The notes beneath the pieces are model-generated. The model was given only the letters and a program-made list of their open reading frames with translations. It searched no databases and was not told the DNA's origin. The translations under genes were made by a program, and so were the position numbers. Source: Pseudomonadota bacterium (lineage in GTDB: Bacteria; Pseudomonadota; Gammaproteobacteria; Acidiferrobacterales; Sulfurifustaceae). Taken from it: DNA of 64,000 nucleotides. Below are positions 54,649 through 64,000 of this stretch, in pieces. The DNA is taken from positions 8,415-72,414 of the forward strand of contig JBFMBB010000002.1 of NCBI GenBank assembly GCA_040755435.1, given 5' to 3'. Positions within the stretch are counted from its first letter, which is position 1. Each line of letters starts with the position of its first letter.

Positions 54649-54735
54649 CCCGCCGGGAACGTCAGGCAGTCCCTTCCGGGCCAACACCGGGTTGTCTCGA
54701 AGGACTGTTGCCCGGCTTTCGACCTGCAGCGCCGG

Positions 54736-55956
54736 TCAGCCGGGCTCATGCCGAGGCCCAAGACCGAGGATTTTTTCAACGGTCCGGATCCACGAATGCT
54801 CTTCCAATAGCAGGGTTTTCGCGGCTGCGGCAATCCGCTCGCGCAATGGCGCGTTGCCAAACAGGGACAGCACGCACTCGCTACACTCCCCGACGTTGAG
54901 AGGTTCGAACAAAAGCGCCGTTTGACCGTGCCGGTGCACGTCCTCGATGGGCGGCAGGCGCGGCAGCACCAGCGGGATTCCCAGCCCCATCATCTCGAAC
55001 ATGATCATGGGCGATCCGAACATGTTGGAGTTCGGAAGCACGCCTACATCCAGCATGCTGAGATAATCGTACACTTCCGCGCGGGCGACGGCGCCCGTAA
55101 ATATGACCTTGTCCGCAATCCCCAGCTCGGCGGCGCGGGCCGCGGCGGCGACACGACCGCGCCCGTCGCCTATCAGACACAACCGGAAATCGGGACTGAC
55201 CTTGAGAATCCTCGCCATGACCTCCACCAGGTTGGACAGGCGATCCCAGTCGTCGAACCAGCCGGCGAATCCCAGCACGAACGCCCCGTCGAGGCCGAAT
55301 CGCCGCCGCAGCTCGTCGCGACGGGGAACGGCCGGGATCCGCTTCATGTCGAAGCCGTTGGGGACGATAACCAGCTGAGCGGGCGAGGCGCCCGCGGCGC
55401 GCGCCCGTTGCGCCAGGTAGGACGAGACGGCATGGATCCGGGAGCAGCGGCGGAACAGCAGTCTCTCGAATGCATTGCACAGGCGCAGGAATGACTGCTT
55501 CCTCGCGCGCTCGGGGACTCCGGAGACTTCGTTGACTTCCAACACGAACGGCACGGCGTGCCTCGCGGCGGCAAGTGCGCCGGCGACAAGAAAAAATGCA
55601 TAGCGCTCGTAGACCAGATCGTAGCGCTCCGCACGCAACGCCCGGGACAACCTCAAATAGGCGGGAATGTTGTACACGATCTCGGCGATCTCAAACAGCC
55701 AGTTGGGGAAGTGCCGACTGACGAACCGCCACACCCGGCCGATCCCCCGCACCTTCGTGCTGGCCTTGTCCACCGGCGCCGTATCCTTCGAGAACGGATC
55801 AACGCCGCCGGGAGAGATCACCCTGACCTGGTGGCCCAGCTTGCGCAGCGCACTCACCACGCTGACGATGTGGTTGCCCTCGGCGCCTCTTCCCTGGGTG
55901 CGATGATGGTAGAGAATCTGCAGCGGCCGGTCCGGCAGCCTGAAATTTGCGCCCAC
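54736..55956 (-). CDS. GT4 family glycosyltransferase
   Basis: VPNGFD, FAGWF and catalytic-type FGSPMIMFEMMGLG; probable GTG start at 55956. Confidence 0.85.
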   Translation of the reverse strand: MGANFRLPDRPLQILYHHRTQGRGAEGNHIVSVVSALRKLGHQVRVISPGGVDPFSKDTAPVDKASTKVRGIGRVWRFVSRHFPNWLFEIAEIVYNIPAYLRLSRALRAERYDLVYERYAFFLVAGALAAARHAVPFVLEVNEVSGVPERARKQSFLRLCNAFERLLFRRCSRIHAVSSYLAQRARAAGASPAQLVIVPNGFDMKRIPAVPRRDELRRRFGLDGAFVLGFAGWFDDWDRLSNLVEVMARILKVSPDFRLCLIGDGRGRVAAAARAAELGIADKVIFTGAVARAEVYDYLSMLDVGVLPNSNMFGSPMIMFEMMGLGIPLVLPRLPPIEDVHRHGQTALLFEPLNVGECSECVLSLFGNAPLRERIAAAAKTLLLEEHSWIRTVEKILGLGPRHEPG

Positions 55957-55997
55957 AGTCGTGTTTTCCGTTCGCGTTGTTTTTGACCGCCCGATTT

Positions 55998-57119
55998 TTA
56001 CCGGGCGCCGCCTCCGGCCGCGGCCAGATCGCGAATCCTGCAGAACATCTCCCACGCCGAGACGTAGCGCAGCGACATCCCCGGACGATCGCGGAATTCC
56101 GTCTCCAGGCCGGTCCACAATGTCTCGAAACCTTCATCGAGCAGCATATTCATGGTTTCGTCTTCCGCGCCGTGCGTATGCAGCTTGATGAAGACATGCT
56201 GTTCAGCGCCGGCGACCCGCGGGGCATGCTTGAACCACAGGGGCACACGATCCTGAGAAGGCGGCGCGTCATGGGAGATCTCGCCGTTTTCAATTTTCGG
56301 CAGGAGCCCGGCCTTGCGTCGCCGCCAGTTGAAAGCGAGCGGTCCCTGGATCAACAGCAGCTCGCCGGGCTGCAGCCATTCCCCGACGCGTATGTCCCGG
56401 CCGGTGTCATGGGACTTCCGTTTCCCGTCCACGCCGCGGGCGGCGTAGATCGAGTTGATCTTGCGGGTCTGCGTGTCGCTGGGCGCCGATGGCATGGTAA
56501 GGTCGGCGCGGCAACCGGTCGCCACCAGCACCCCCAGCTCGTTATCCACGCCGCACCACTTTCCATCCGGCCTCGAGTTGTCCAGCGCCCAGTTGCCGTG
56601 AATGAAGCAGTAGGCCGGATCGATGTCGCCGTCGGCGCGCAGAAGCCCGTGGCGCTGCCGCAGCGTGCTGCAGAAACCGACCAGGGCCGCCCGCAGCTTC
56701 TCGGCGGTGTCGTCGTGGTGGTGATAATGCACCTCGACGCCGGCAAAGCCGCGACGCTCCAGATCGCCCAGCCGGTCGAGAATCTGCGCGTCGTATTCCT
56801 CGATCGGATAGAAGAACGTGTGCTTCGGATGGCCGCCAAAACTGTCGACATGGCGTGACGCCAGCACTGGATACCTTTCCGCCCAGCGCGCCACTTTTTC
56901 ACGCGCGCGCTCCGTATCCTTGCCTCCCCCGAACGGCTCAAAATGATCCGCGAAACAGACATAGACGGTTATGTTGCCTCCCCCGTCCGCGGCCGGGCGC
57001 GCCATGCGCTGCCGGAGATAGCTCGGCAACCAATACTGCAGATTGCGCGCGCGGATCACCCCAACGATCCCCAGCGCGACGGCGACGCCCAGGAACAGGA
57101 CAACCAGAACCCACATCAT
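55998..57119 (-). CDS. Membrane-anchored polysaccharide-deacetylase-like hypothetical protein
   Basis: N-terminal TM; His/Asp-rich motifs CFADHFEP, EVHYHHH, FIHGNWALDN and FIKLHTHG; sits within the EPS cluster. Confidence 0.6.
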   Translation of the reverse strand: MMWVLVVLFLGVAVALGIVGVIRARNLQYWLPSYLRQRMARPAADGGGNITVYVCFADHFEPFGGGKDTERAREKVARWAERYPVLASRHVDSFGGHPKHTFFYPIEEYDAQILDRLGDLERRGFAGVEVHYHHHDDTAEKLRAALVGFCSTLRQRHGLLRADGDIDPAYCFIHGNWALDNSRPDGKWCGVDNELGVLVATGCRADLTMPSAPSDTQTRKINSIYAARGVDGKRKSHDTGRDIRVGEWLQPGELLLIQGPLAFNWRRRKAGLLPKIENGEISHDAPPSQDRVPLWFKHAPRVAGAEQHVFIKLHTHGAEDETMNMLLDEGFETLWTGLETEFRDRPGMSLRYVSAWEMFCRIRDLAAAGGGAR

Positions 57120-57129
57120 GTCCGCCCTC

Positions 57130-58278
57130 CTAGCGCGCGGCCTTGGACCATAGCACGTTCTGCCGGCCGCGCAGGAACTTCACCAACCCCGCGAATGCCG
57201 CCAGATTCATGGTCGTGAAATAGAATGGCACGTATACCAGCCGGGAGGCCTGGCGCGCCGCCGGCATCAGCCCGCCCAGTGCCGCCAGCCCGTAAAACAG
57301 GCCCTGGGCAAGCAGTAACAACGCATAAGGCAATTCACCGGCGCGCAGCACGCTGATCAGCAGCAGGGTGATCAGGAACAACGGCATGAGCCAGCGCAGG
57401 ATCTTGTGACTGACAAACTTGAACGCGAACCAGCCGGTGCCGGCCAGCGCCAGCCCGTGCAGGACGAGAAACTGGTAGCCGCCCGCGACCATGCGAACCT
57501 TGACCCTGAAATCCTCGGCAATCGAAATCGATGCCTCCTCCGTGGCCGTGGCGCGCGGTTCGTAGCCGACCCTGTAACCCTGCAAGACGACCGCCATGGT
57601 GAGGAACGCATCATCGTTGATCACTTCCGGCGGTATGGGACGATACAGCTCCCGCCGGATGGCGAAAATCTCGCCATCGGCCGCCACCGTCCCCCCCAGC
57701 CTGCTTTCGGCGAGCTTGATCATTGACTCGTAGCGCCAGTAGAGACTGTCGCCGATGCTGGCCGCACGCTCCCGGTTTTCAATGATGCGCTTGGCTCCGG
57801 AAACCCCGCCGGCCAAGGGCCGGGACAGCGTGCGCACCAGCCAGCGCAACGCGTCGCGGGAGAACTCGTTATTGGCGTCCGACAATACCGTGACCTCGCC
57901 CCGGGACGCGGCCACGGCCCGGTTGAGGGCGTGCGACTTTCCGCGGCGCTCCGGGTCGAAGAGACAGATCACATTGCGGTCGGCGAACTCCGCGACGATC
58001 GCGGGGGTCGCATCGGAAGACCCGTCGGCGACGACGATGATTTCCAGCTTTTCGCGTGGGTAATCCAGCGCCAGCGTATTCACGAGTTTCTGCCGGATGA
58101 CTTTCGCCTCGTTGTAGGCGGCAATCACGAAGCTGACGCTCGGCTCGTAATCCGCGGCAGGGGCGTCGTTGGCCGTCAATTTCGAACCGACCATGACAGC
58201 GAGCGGGTAAACCAGATAATGGTAAACCGCGACCGCGATGCAGGTCACGGCGAGCGCATCGGTCAAGGTTGCGATCAA
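57130..58278 (-). CDS. GT2 family glycosyltransferase
   Basis: IAAYNEA, VADGSSD, GKSHALN, SDAN, INDD and RVKVRMV; C-terminal TMs. Confidence 0.9.
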   Translation of the reverse strand: MIATLTDALAVTCIAVAVYHYLVYPLAVMVGSKLTANDAPAADYEPSVSFVIAAYNEAKVIRQKLVNTLALDYPREKLEIIVVADGSSDATPAIVAEFADRNVICLFDPERRGKSHALNRAVAASRGEVTVLSDANNEFSRDALRWLVRTLSRPLAGGVSGAKRIIENRERAASIGDSLYWRYESMIKLAESRLGGTVAADGEIFAIRRELYRPIPPEVINDDAFLTMAVVLQGYRVGYEPRATATEEASISIAEDFRVKVRMVAGGYQFLVLHGLALAGTGWFAFKFVSHKILRWLMPLFLITLLLISVLRAGELPYALLLLAQGLFYGLAALGGLMPAARQASRLVYVPFYFTTMNLAAFAGLVKFLRGRQNVLWSKAAR

Positions 58279-58324
58279 GGGATTGCCCCGGGACGGATCG
58301 CGGGCGGCGCGGCGGCGTGCGCAG

Positions 58325-59584
58325 TCATGACAAATACATGATGACGAAGATTTGCAAAAACATCAGCCAGACGCCAATAACCCCGACGATCTTCACGACT
58401 TCATGCATTTCGAGAGTCTGCGCTGCCGGCTGATGACGAATCAGCCCCACGCACAGCGCCAGCAGGAAATAGAACGTTTCGTACTCCAGGGTAACAAACA
58501 TCGAGCTGACCAGGTAACCTATCAATGCCAGCATCAGCCCGAACCCGATCTTGGAATCCTCGCTGTCCGGCTCGTTCTTCCATGTGAGATAAGCCGCTTT
58601 AAGACTGATGTAAATCAGCGTGCACCAGAGAATAAAGCCGACGAGCCCGGTTTCGCCGCCGATCTCGATCGCGGAGTTATGGGCGATAAGGCGACCGGTA
58701 TAGCCCCTGAAGTTTCCGCGCCCGATGCCGAACACCGGATTTTGCTTGACCATCTCCACGCCTTCCGACCACATCTCGACGCGGTGCTGGGCCGACCGGC
58801 TCTCGTCCTGCATCTCGGTCAACGACTCCGGCGCCAGGAAAAACAGCAGCGTCCCGAGCAGGCCGGCGGCGAGTATGCTGCGCATGCGGATTTTTCGCCG
58901 TATCGCGATATACAGGGCGAGAATGGCAAGGGTCGCGAGAAACCCGCCGCGCGATCCCGTCAGGTAAGTCGCCACGCCCAGCAGGGCGACCAGCGCAACG
59001 GTCATCAGGCGCATGGACTGGTCGACTCCACCCGTGAGCCGAGGCAGGCATATGCCGATGGCGACCGTGAAGATGACGCAGAATACGCCGGGACCGTCGA
59101 ATATCCCGACCCATCGCGCGCGTCCGGTGCCGCCGGCCTCGAGAACGGACGGGTCAACCCAGCCCAGTTTCTGCCCCGCCCACCCGAGCAGGTCCGGACT
59201 GTTCTTGTGCTGGATGGCCTCAACCGCCAGGATCACCGCCAGCAGCACGAATATCGACAACGCGCTTTTGACTTCGGCAGGGGTTTCCACGGAAGCCGAG
59301 ACCGCCTTGTACAGGACGAAAATCCGGATATAGACATAAATATGTTCTTTGACGGCGTCGTTCAGCCCGTTGACCAGCGCGCCGACAATTATCCATACGA
59401 AAAATGCCGCAAAAATCTTTTCGGCAAGCTCGAATTTGAACAACAAATGGCCGCGGCCGCGAATTATCAGCGCCAGATACCACAGGGGGTAAATGATGAA
59501 ATCCACCGGCAGGCCCAGGATTCCGGGCACCCACAACTGCGGTGCGATCATGAGAAAGAACAGGTAACTGCCCAGCATGATCAT
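58325..59584 (-). CDS. O-antigen ligase/Wzy polymerase family protein
   Basis: About 10 TMs, TGSRGG, periplasmic loop and AHN motif. Confidence 0.85.
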   Translation of the reverse strand: MIMLGSYLFFLMIAPQLWVPGILGLPVDFIIYPLWYLALIIRGRGHLLFKFELAEKIFAAFFVWIIVGALVNGLNDAVKEHIYVYIRIFVLYKAVSASVETPAEVKSALSIFVLLAVILAVEAIQHKNSPDLLGWAGQKLGWVDPSVLEAGGTGRARWVGIFDGPGVFCVIFTVAIGICLPRLTGGVDQSMRLMTVALVALLGVATYLTGSRGGFLATLAILALYIAIRRKIRMRSILAAGLLGTLLFFLAPESLTEMQDESRSAQHRVEMWSEGVEMVKQNPVFGIGRGNFRGYTGRLIAHNSAIEIGGETGLVGFILWCTLIYISLKAAYLTWKNEPDSEDSKIGFGLMLALIGYLVSSMFVTLEYETFYFLLALCVGLIRHQPAAQTLEMHEVVKIVGVIGVWLMFLQIFVIMYLS

Positions 59585-60789
59585 GAGTTACCGCCCCGCT
59601 TCTTCATGGCTGTTTCCAGTGACTGCAGGTAATGTTGTCCTGCCCGCTCCCAGGACAAATGAGACACGGTGGCGAGGATGGCCTTGGCGTCCCAGGTTTT
59701 TTCGAGCGCCTTCCCCAGCGCCTCGGCCAGGGCCGCCGCATCGCCGGCTTCGACGAGATAACCGTTGTTCGCGTTCACCATCTCGGGGATGCCTCCGACC
59801 CGGCTGGCCACCACCGGCCGGCCGGAGAACAATGCCTCGAGCACCACGTTCGGGAAACCTTCCCGGATGCTTGGCAGGCAGAATACATCGCCCGCGCCCA
59901 TCCACACCGCGATCTCGGAATGCGGCCGGTTACCCGCGAACTGTATGCGACCGGACAGGCCGCGACGCGCCACCTCGGCTTCGTAGACAGCGCGGCCGGA
60001 ACCTTCTCCCACCAGGTACACGAAGACATCCTTGCCGGCGGCGACCAGACGCTGCACCGCCTCGATCAGATAAATCACGCCCTTCACCTCGAGCAGTTGT
60101 CCCACAAACACCACGGTGTTGTTCCGGGATGCGATGCCCAGCTGCCGGGCGCATTCGGCCTTGTCGCGCGGATGGAACAGCTCGGCGTCCACGCCGTTGG
60201 GGATGACGTCGATCGTCTTGTCCCCGAAACCCTGCCCCACGAGGAACTGCCGCAGCGCCTCGGACACCACCGTCACTCCTTCCACCGACCGGATGGCGCG
60301 CTCGATCTGAAACCGCTTGTGACCCTGGGTCATGAAAAGATTGGCATCGCATCCCAGCGCCGTGACCACATGCGGCAAGCCCAGACGGCGGCAGCACCAG
60401 GCCGCGGCCACGCCATCCGGATAGAGCCATTGGGTGTTCACCGCGTCGAACGGGCGCGAACGGTGCAAGCGCTTCACGGTCCGATACAGGGAGGGGAACA
60501 TGAGCGCGGCATGGGCCGCCTCCGACAGCCTGGGAATCATAAGATACTTCGGACTGTGAACGGTAAAACCCTGCCACTCGTAGCGAGCGGGCACGCGCGA
60601 GTATTCCGCCCATTTTTCGAACAGCTTGCCCCTGGCCCAGCGCGGAAACCACGGCAAGGGGCAGACGATCGTGACGTCACAGATCGCGCGCAGGCGCTTG
60701 GCGAGCTGCCAGGTGAAAACCCCGCGAATCGGATCCACGGGCGTCGGAAACAGGTTGGAAATGAGCAGGACGTTCAGCCGGTGCGTCAT
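59581..60789 (-). CDS. GT4 family glycosyltransferase (TuaC-like)
   Basis: FPTP..P.RGVF, IPNGVD and EGFPNVVLEAL. Confidence 0.9.
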   Translation of the reverse strand: MTHRLNVLLISNLFPTPVDPIRGVFTWQLAKRLRAICDVTIVCPLPWFPRWARGKLFEKWAEYSRVPARYEWQGFTVHSPKYLMIPRLSEAAHAALMFPSLYRTVKRLHRSRPFDAVNTQWLYPDGVAAAWCCRRLGLPHVVTALGCDANLFMTQGHKRFQIERAIRSVEGVTVVSEALRQFLVGQGFGDKTIDVIPNGVDAELFHPRDKAECARQLGIASRNNTVVFVGQLLEVKGVIYLIEAVQRLVAAGKDVFVYLVGEGSGRAVYEAEVARRGLSGRIQFAGNRPHSEIAVWMGAGDVFCLPSIREGFPNVVLEALFSGRPVVASRVGGIPEMVNANNGYLVEAGDAAALAEALGKALEKTWDAKAILATVSHLSWERAGQHYLQSLETAMKKRGGNS

Positions 60790-60792
60790 GGT

Positions 60793-62664
60793 TCACGCGT
60801 CGATGTATTTGCGATGCCAGAGCTCGAGGGTCAGCAGTGAAAAGATGCGCCGGCTCAGGTCCTCGCGGCCGTTCGCGTGCTTGTCCAACACGTTCTCGAC
60901 ATAGGATTTTTTGAAGTAGTGGCGTCCGACGCTCTTCGGGTCCAGAAGGATTTCCCGGGCCTTGTCGCGCAGGTCGGTGCGGAACCATCTGGCGATCGGC
61001 ACCGGGAATCCCCGCTTCTTGCGGTAGATGATCTCATGGGGCAGGTATTTCTCCATGACTTTCTTCATAAGATACTTGCCCTGGTCGCCGTTCAAGCGGT
61101 ATTCGTCCGGCAACGCCACGCAAAACTCCATCAGCCGGTAATCCAGCAGCGGGACGCGCAACTCGACGGAGGTGGCCATGGTCATCTTGTCGGCCTTGAG
61201 CAGGAGATCCTCGGGCAGCCAGGAGTTGATGTCGGCGTAGGCCATGCGTGCCATGTCCGAATGCCCGGCGGGCATGCGGTCGAAAAGACCGGCAAAATAA
61301 TCATGCAGGGCGGAGCCGAGATGCGGAGCCAGCGCGTCGTGATACATTTCCCGCTTGATCGAACCGGTGACGTCGTTGGAAATGGACTGGTAGCGCTCCC
61401 TCAGGGGCAGGCCGGCCCAGTCCCAGTATTTCATCCTCTTCTCGTTGCCGGCGGCCAGGACCGGCCCGATCCGCTTCAGCAGGGAACGCGGGAACATGCG
61501 CAGAATCCCATGGGCGCGGTTCACCGGGCGTGTAAGGCGGTGCAGCGGATAGCCGGCGAGGATCTCGTCGCCGCCTTCGCCGGAGAGCAGCACGATCGCG
61601 TGTTCGCGCGCGAGCTTCGATATGCGGTAAAGCGCCACAGCGGCGCTCTCCACCACCGGTTCCTCCGCATGCGTCAGCAGCAGGTCCAGCGACTCGAAGA
61701 AGTCGCCCGCGCCCAGATTGAACTCGTGGTGCTCGGTCTTGAAATGCCTGGCGACGATTCGCGCGTATTCGAACTCGCTCGAATCCGGATCATCCGAATA
61801 GCCGACGGTAAAGGTCTTGACCGGATCGGGGCTGATCCGGCTCATGCAGGCGACGATGGCGCTGGAATCCAGTCCGCCGGAGAGAAATGCGCCCAGCGGC
61901 ACGTCGCTCATGAGGCGCATGCGCACGCAATCGAGCAGCATTTCCTCGAAACGCTGCCTGGCCTCGTCGAAGGAGATTTTCAGCGGCTCAATATTCGCAA
62001 GATCCCAGTAGCGCTCGATGCGCATCGCGCCGTTCTTCCACGTCAGGCTGTGCCCGGGCAGCAGCTTGCGAATGCCCGCGAACAGCGTCTCGTCGCCCGG
62101 CACGTAACCGAGCGACACGTAGAAGTCCAGGCGCGAGAGGTTGATGCCCGGCTTGCGCGCGAGGGCCGGCAGGATGGCCTTGATCTCGGAGGCGAACAAC
62201 AGGCGACCCTCCTCCACGGCGTAGTAAAGGGGCTTTACGCCGACGCGGTCGCGGCAGAGAAAGACCTCGCCGCTCTTCCGGTCGAACACGGCGAAAGCGA
62301 ACATGCCGCGGAACCTGTTCGGGCAGTCCGCTCCCCACTGTTCATAGGCGTGGACGATGACCTCGGTGTCGCAATGGGTCCGGAAGACATGCCCGCGCGC
62401 CTCGAGCTCGGCCTTGATTTCCATGAAGTTGTAGATTTCGCCGTTGTAAACCACGACCACCGTGCCGTCTTCGTTGAACAGGGGCTGGTGTCCGCTGGAC
62501 AGGTCGATGATGCTGAGGCGACGGTGACCGAGTCCCACATTCTCATGCACGAAAATCCCCTGGTCATCGGGGCCGCGATGCGCCATGGATCGCGTCATGC
62601 GCTCGAGCAGCGCCTTGTCGACGGCGCAACCCTGCGGGGCGACGATACCGGCGATGCCGCACAT
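60793..62664 (-). CDS. asnB: Asparagine synthase-like Ntn amidotransferase (EPS-associated)
   Basis: MCGIAG, HRRLSIID, NGEIYN, SGGLDSS, SGEGGDE and KKRGF. Confidence 0.9.
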   Translation of the reverse strand: MCGIAGIVAPQGCAVDKALLERMTRSMAHRGPDDQGIFVHENVGLGHRRLSIIDLSSGHQPLFNEDGTVVVVYNGEIYNFMEIKAELEARGHVFRTHCDTEVIVHAYEQWGADCPNRFRGMFAFAVFDRKSGEVFLCRDRVGVKPLYYAVEEGRLLFASEIKAILPALARKPGINLSRLDFYVSLGYVPGDETLFAGIRKLLPGHSLTWKNGAMRIERYWDLANIEPLKISFDEARQRFEEMLLDCVRMRLMSDVPLGAFLSGGLDSSAIVACMSRISPDPVKTFTVGYSDDPDSSEFEYARIVARHFKTEHHEFNLGAGDFFESLDLLLTHAEEPVVESAAVALYRISKLAREHAIVLLSGEGGDEILAGYPLHRLTRPVNRAHGILRMFPRSLLKRIGPVLAAGNEKRMKYWDWAGLPLRERYQSISNDVTGSIKREMYHDALAPHLGSALHDYFAGLFDRMPAGHSDMARMAYADINSWLPEDLLLKADKMTMATSVELRVPLLDYRLMEFCVALPDEYRLNGDQGKYLMKKVMEKYLPHEIIYRKKRGFPVPIARWFRTDLRDKAREILLDPKSVGRHYFKKSYVENVLDKHANGREDLSRRIFSLLTLELWHRKYIDA

Positions 62665-62666
62665 GC

Positions 62667-63824
62667 TCAGTCACCCGCCCTTCGGAGCGATTGCAAATAA
62701 ATCTCCTCGTACTGTTTGATGGCCTGCTTCAGGTCGAACTCCGCTTCCATGCGAGCGCGGGCCGCCCGCCCCATTTTTGCGCGCAAATCTCCTTCGCGGG
62801 CCAGCCTGACCAGCGCCCGGGCGAGGCCTTCCGCGTCGCCGGACTCGACCAGGAAACCGCACTCCCCGTCCACCACCACCTCCGGATTCCCCCCGACCCG
62901 CGTGACCACCGCCGGAAGCCCCGCCGCCATGGCCTCCAGCAGGGCCAGGGAAACCCCTTCGTACAACGAGGACAGCACAAAAACCTGGCCGAGCGCGAGC
63001 CAGTCACGCACGTCATCGCGCGCACCGAGGAAATGCACCCGTCCCGAAAGTCCGAGACGTGCGGCGGTCGCCTCCAGCCCGGAGCGCTCGGAACCGTCGC
63101 CCACCATGACCAGCCTGAGCGCCGGCGCCGCTCCTGCCGCGCGTGCCAGCGCCTCCAGCAACAGGCCGTAGTTCTTTATCCCGGCGAGCCGTCCGACAGA
63201 AACGAGAACGACATCGTCCGGCGACAGGCCCAGCTCCTTGCGCCTGGCTTCCAGACCGCGGGGCGGGGTGGCCGACAGATCGATGCCGTTGTGGATCAGG
63301 GAGATCTTTGCCGCCGGAATTCCGACATCCTCGATCAGTCCGCGCCTCACAATATCGGACACAGCAATGACACGGGACAGCTTCAGGGACGCCAGCCGCT
63401 CCGCCTGGCGGCGGATGCGTCGCTTCAGCGACGCCCGGCGATCCGCCGGCGGATACTGGTTGAGCGGTCCGTGAGCCATGTGCATGGCGGTCGTCCCGGC
63501 GAGCATGGCGGCCGCCGCGGTCTCGAGCAGGGTCCCCCAGTCATGCGACTGCACGATATCGATGTTCCTCGATCGCAGGAGACGCGCCAGGCGAAAAGGA
63601 ATCCGGTAATCGTTCCCCTCCATGGCCTTGCCCATTTCGATGATTTCCACGCCCGGACGGATACGCGCGGCGATTGGACCCGAGCGCATCAGGCAGCAGA
63701 TATCCGCGTGGAACCCCGGGGAGGCATGGTTCACCATGTTGGCCACGACGGCTTCGGCGCCGCCCACGTCCAGCGTTTCGATGACGTGAAGAATGCGGAC
63801 TTCACTTCCCTTTGGCGCCGTCAT
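62667..63824 (-). CDS. GT4 family glycosyltransferase
   Basis: GGAE, IHNGID and EGVSLALLEAMAAG; start at ATG 63824 with a GGAG RBS. Confidence 0.9.
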   Translation of the reverse strand: MTAPKGSEVRILHVIETLDVGGAEAVVANMVNHASPGFHADICCLMRSGPIAARIRPGVEIIEMGKAMEGNDYRIPFRLARLLRSRNIDIVQSHDWGTLLETAAAAMLAGTTAMHMAHGPLNQYPPADRRASLKRRIRRQAERLASLKLSRVIAVSDIVRRGLIEDVGIPAAKISLIHNGIDLSATPPRGLEARRKELGLSPDDVVLVSVGRLAGIKNYGLLLEALARAAGAAPALRLVMVGDGSERSGLEATAARLGLSGRVHFLGARDDVRDWLALGQVFVLSSLYEGVSLALLEAMAAGLPAVVTRVGGNPEVVVDGECGFLVESGDAEGLARALVRLAREGDLRAKMGRAARARMEAEFDLKQAIKQYEEIYLQSLRRAGD

Positions 63825-64000
63825 CGTCTCCCAAGGCGCCGGGCTCAAGCCCGCGCGCGCGCCATTCGTTCAGCAGCGCCGGCAGCGCCTCACGAATGGC
63901 ATCGTTATCGTCATGACAGAGAAAGATGTCGCCGCCCTGAACCTGCCGGCCCCTCGACAGGATCGCCGCCACGGAACGTGTCCTGTCGTCGTCCGAATCC
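63802..64000 (-). CDS. C-terminal end of a NodB-type polysaccharide deacetylase (partial)
   Basis: Manual translation DSDDDRTRSVAAILSRGRQVQGGDIFLCHDDNDAIREALPALLNEWRARGL...; GDIxLxHD motif; stop at 63802-63804. Confidence 0.7.
   Translation of the reverse strand, partial: DSDDDRTRSVAAILSRGRQVQGGDIFLCHDDNDAIREALPALLNEWRARGLEPGALGDDDGAKGK

Overview
High-GC (roughly 65%) chromosomal window of a gammaproteobacterium. The gene set (SoxK-like lipoprotein, PilW, AddAB, tandem cysteine desulfurases) would fit a sulfur oxidiser such as an Acidiferrobacterales member, but that is inference only. Bases 1-30.6 kb are a conserved core block: SLC13 permease, tRNA-Ser(CGA), mltF, tadA, guaAB, xseA, der-bamB-yfgM-hisS-ispG-rodZ-pilW-rlmN, the isc operon, cysE, trmJ and suhB. 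A SoxK-like lipoprotein, an M23 peptidase and a Ser/Thr kinase-TM-WD40 protein are interspersed. Bases 31-48 kb hold a PilZ-like protein, fdxA, addB/addA, two GGDEF proteins, dsbC and ppsA. Bases 48-64 kb are a surface-glycan region: secreted or lipoprotein FnIII, Ig, DUF4038 and beta-helix genes converge on an exopolysaccharide glycosyltransferase/Wzy/AsnB cluster. No integrase, transposase, prophage, CRISPR array or rRNA was seen. The most notable signals are: (1) an unannotated antisense sRNA with 10 GGA motifs, GGA-loop hairpins, a promoter and a terminator between addB and addA, resembling CsrB/Rsm; (2) a 241-bp identical FnIII cassette in two lipoproteins that seems to lack beta-strand A, next to a secreted enzyme whose C-terminus is an orphan A-strand-like motif (possible strand-complementation anchoring; speculative); (3) several families of periodic 7-mer and 9-mer palindromic intergenic elements, GTAG-REP doublets and a tRNA-linked repeat.
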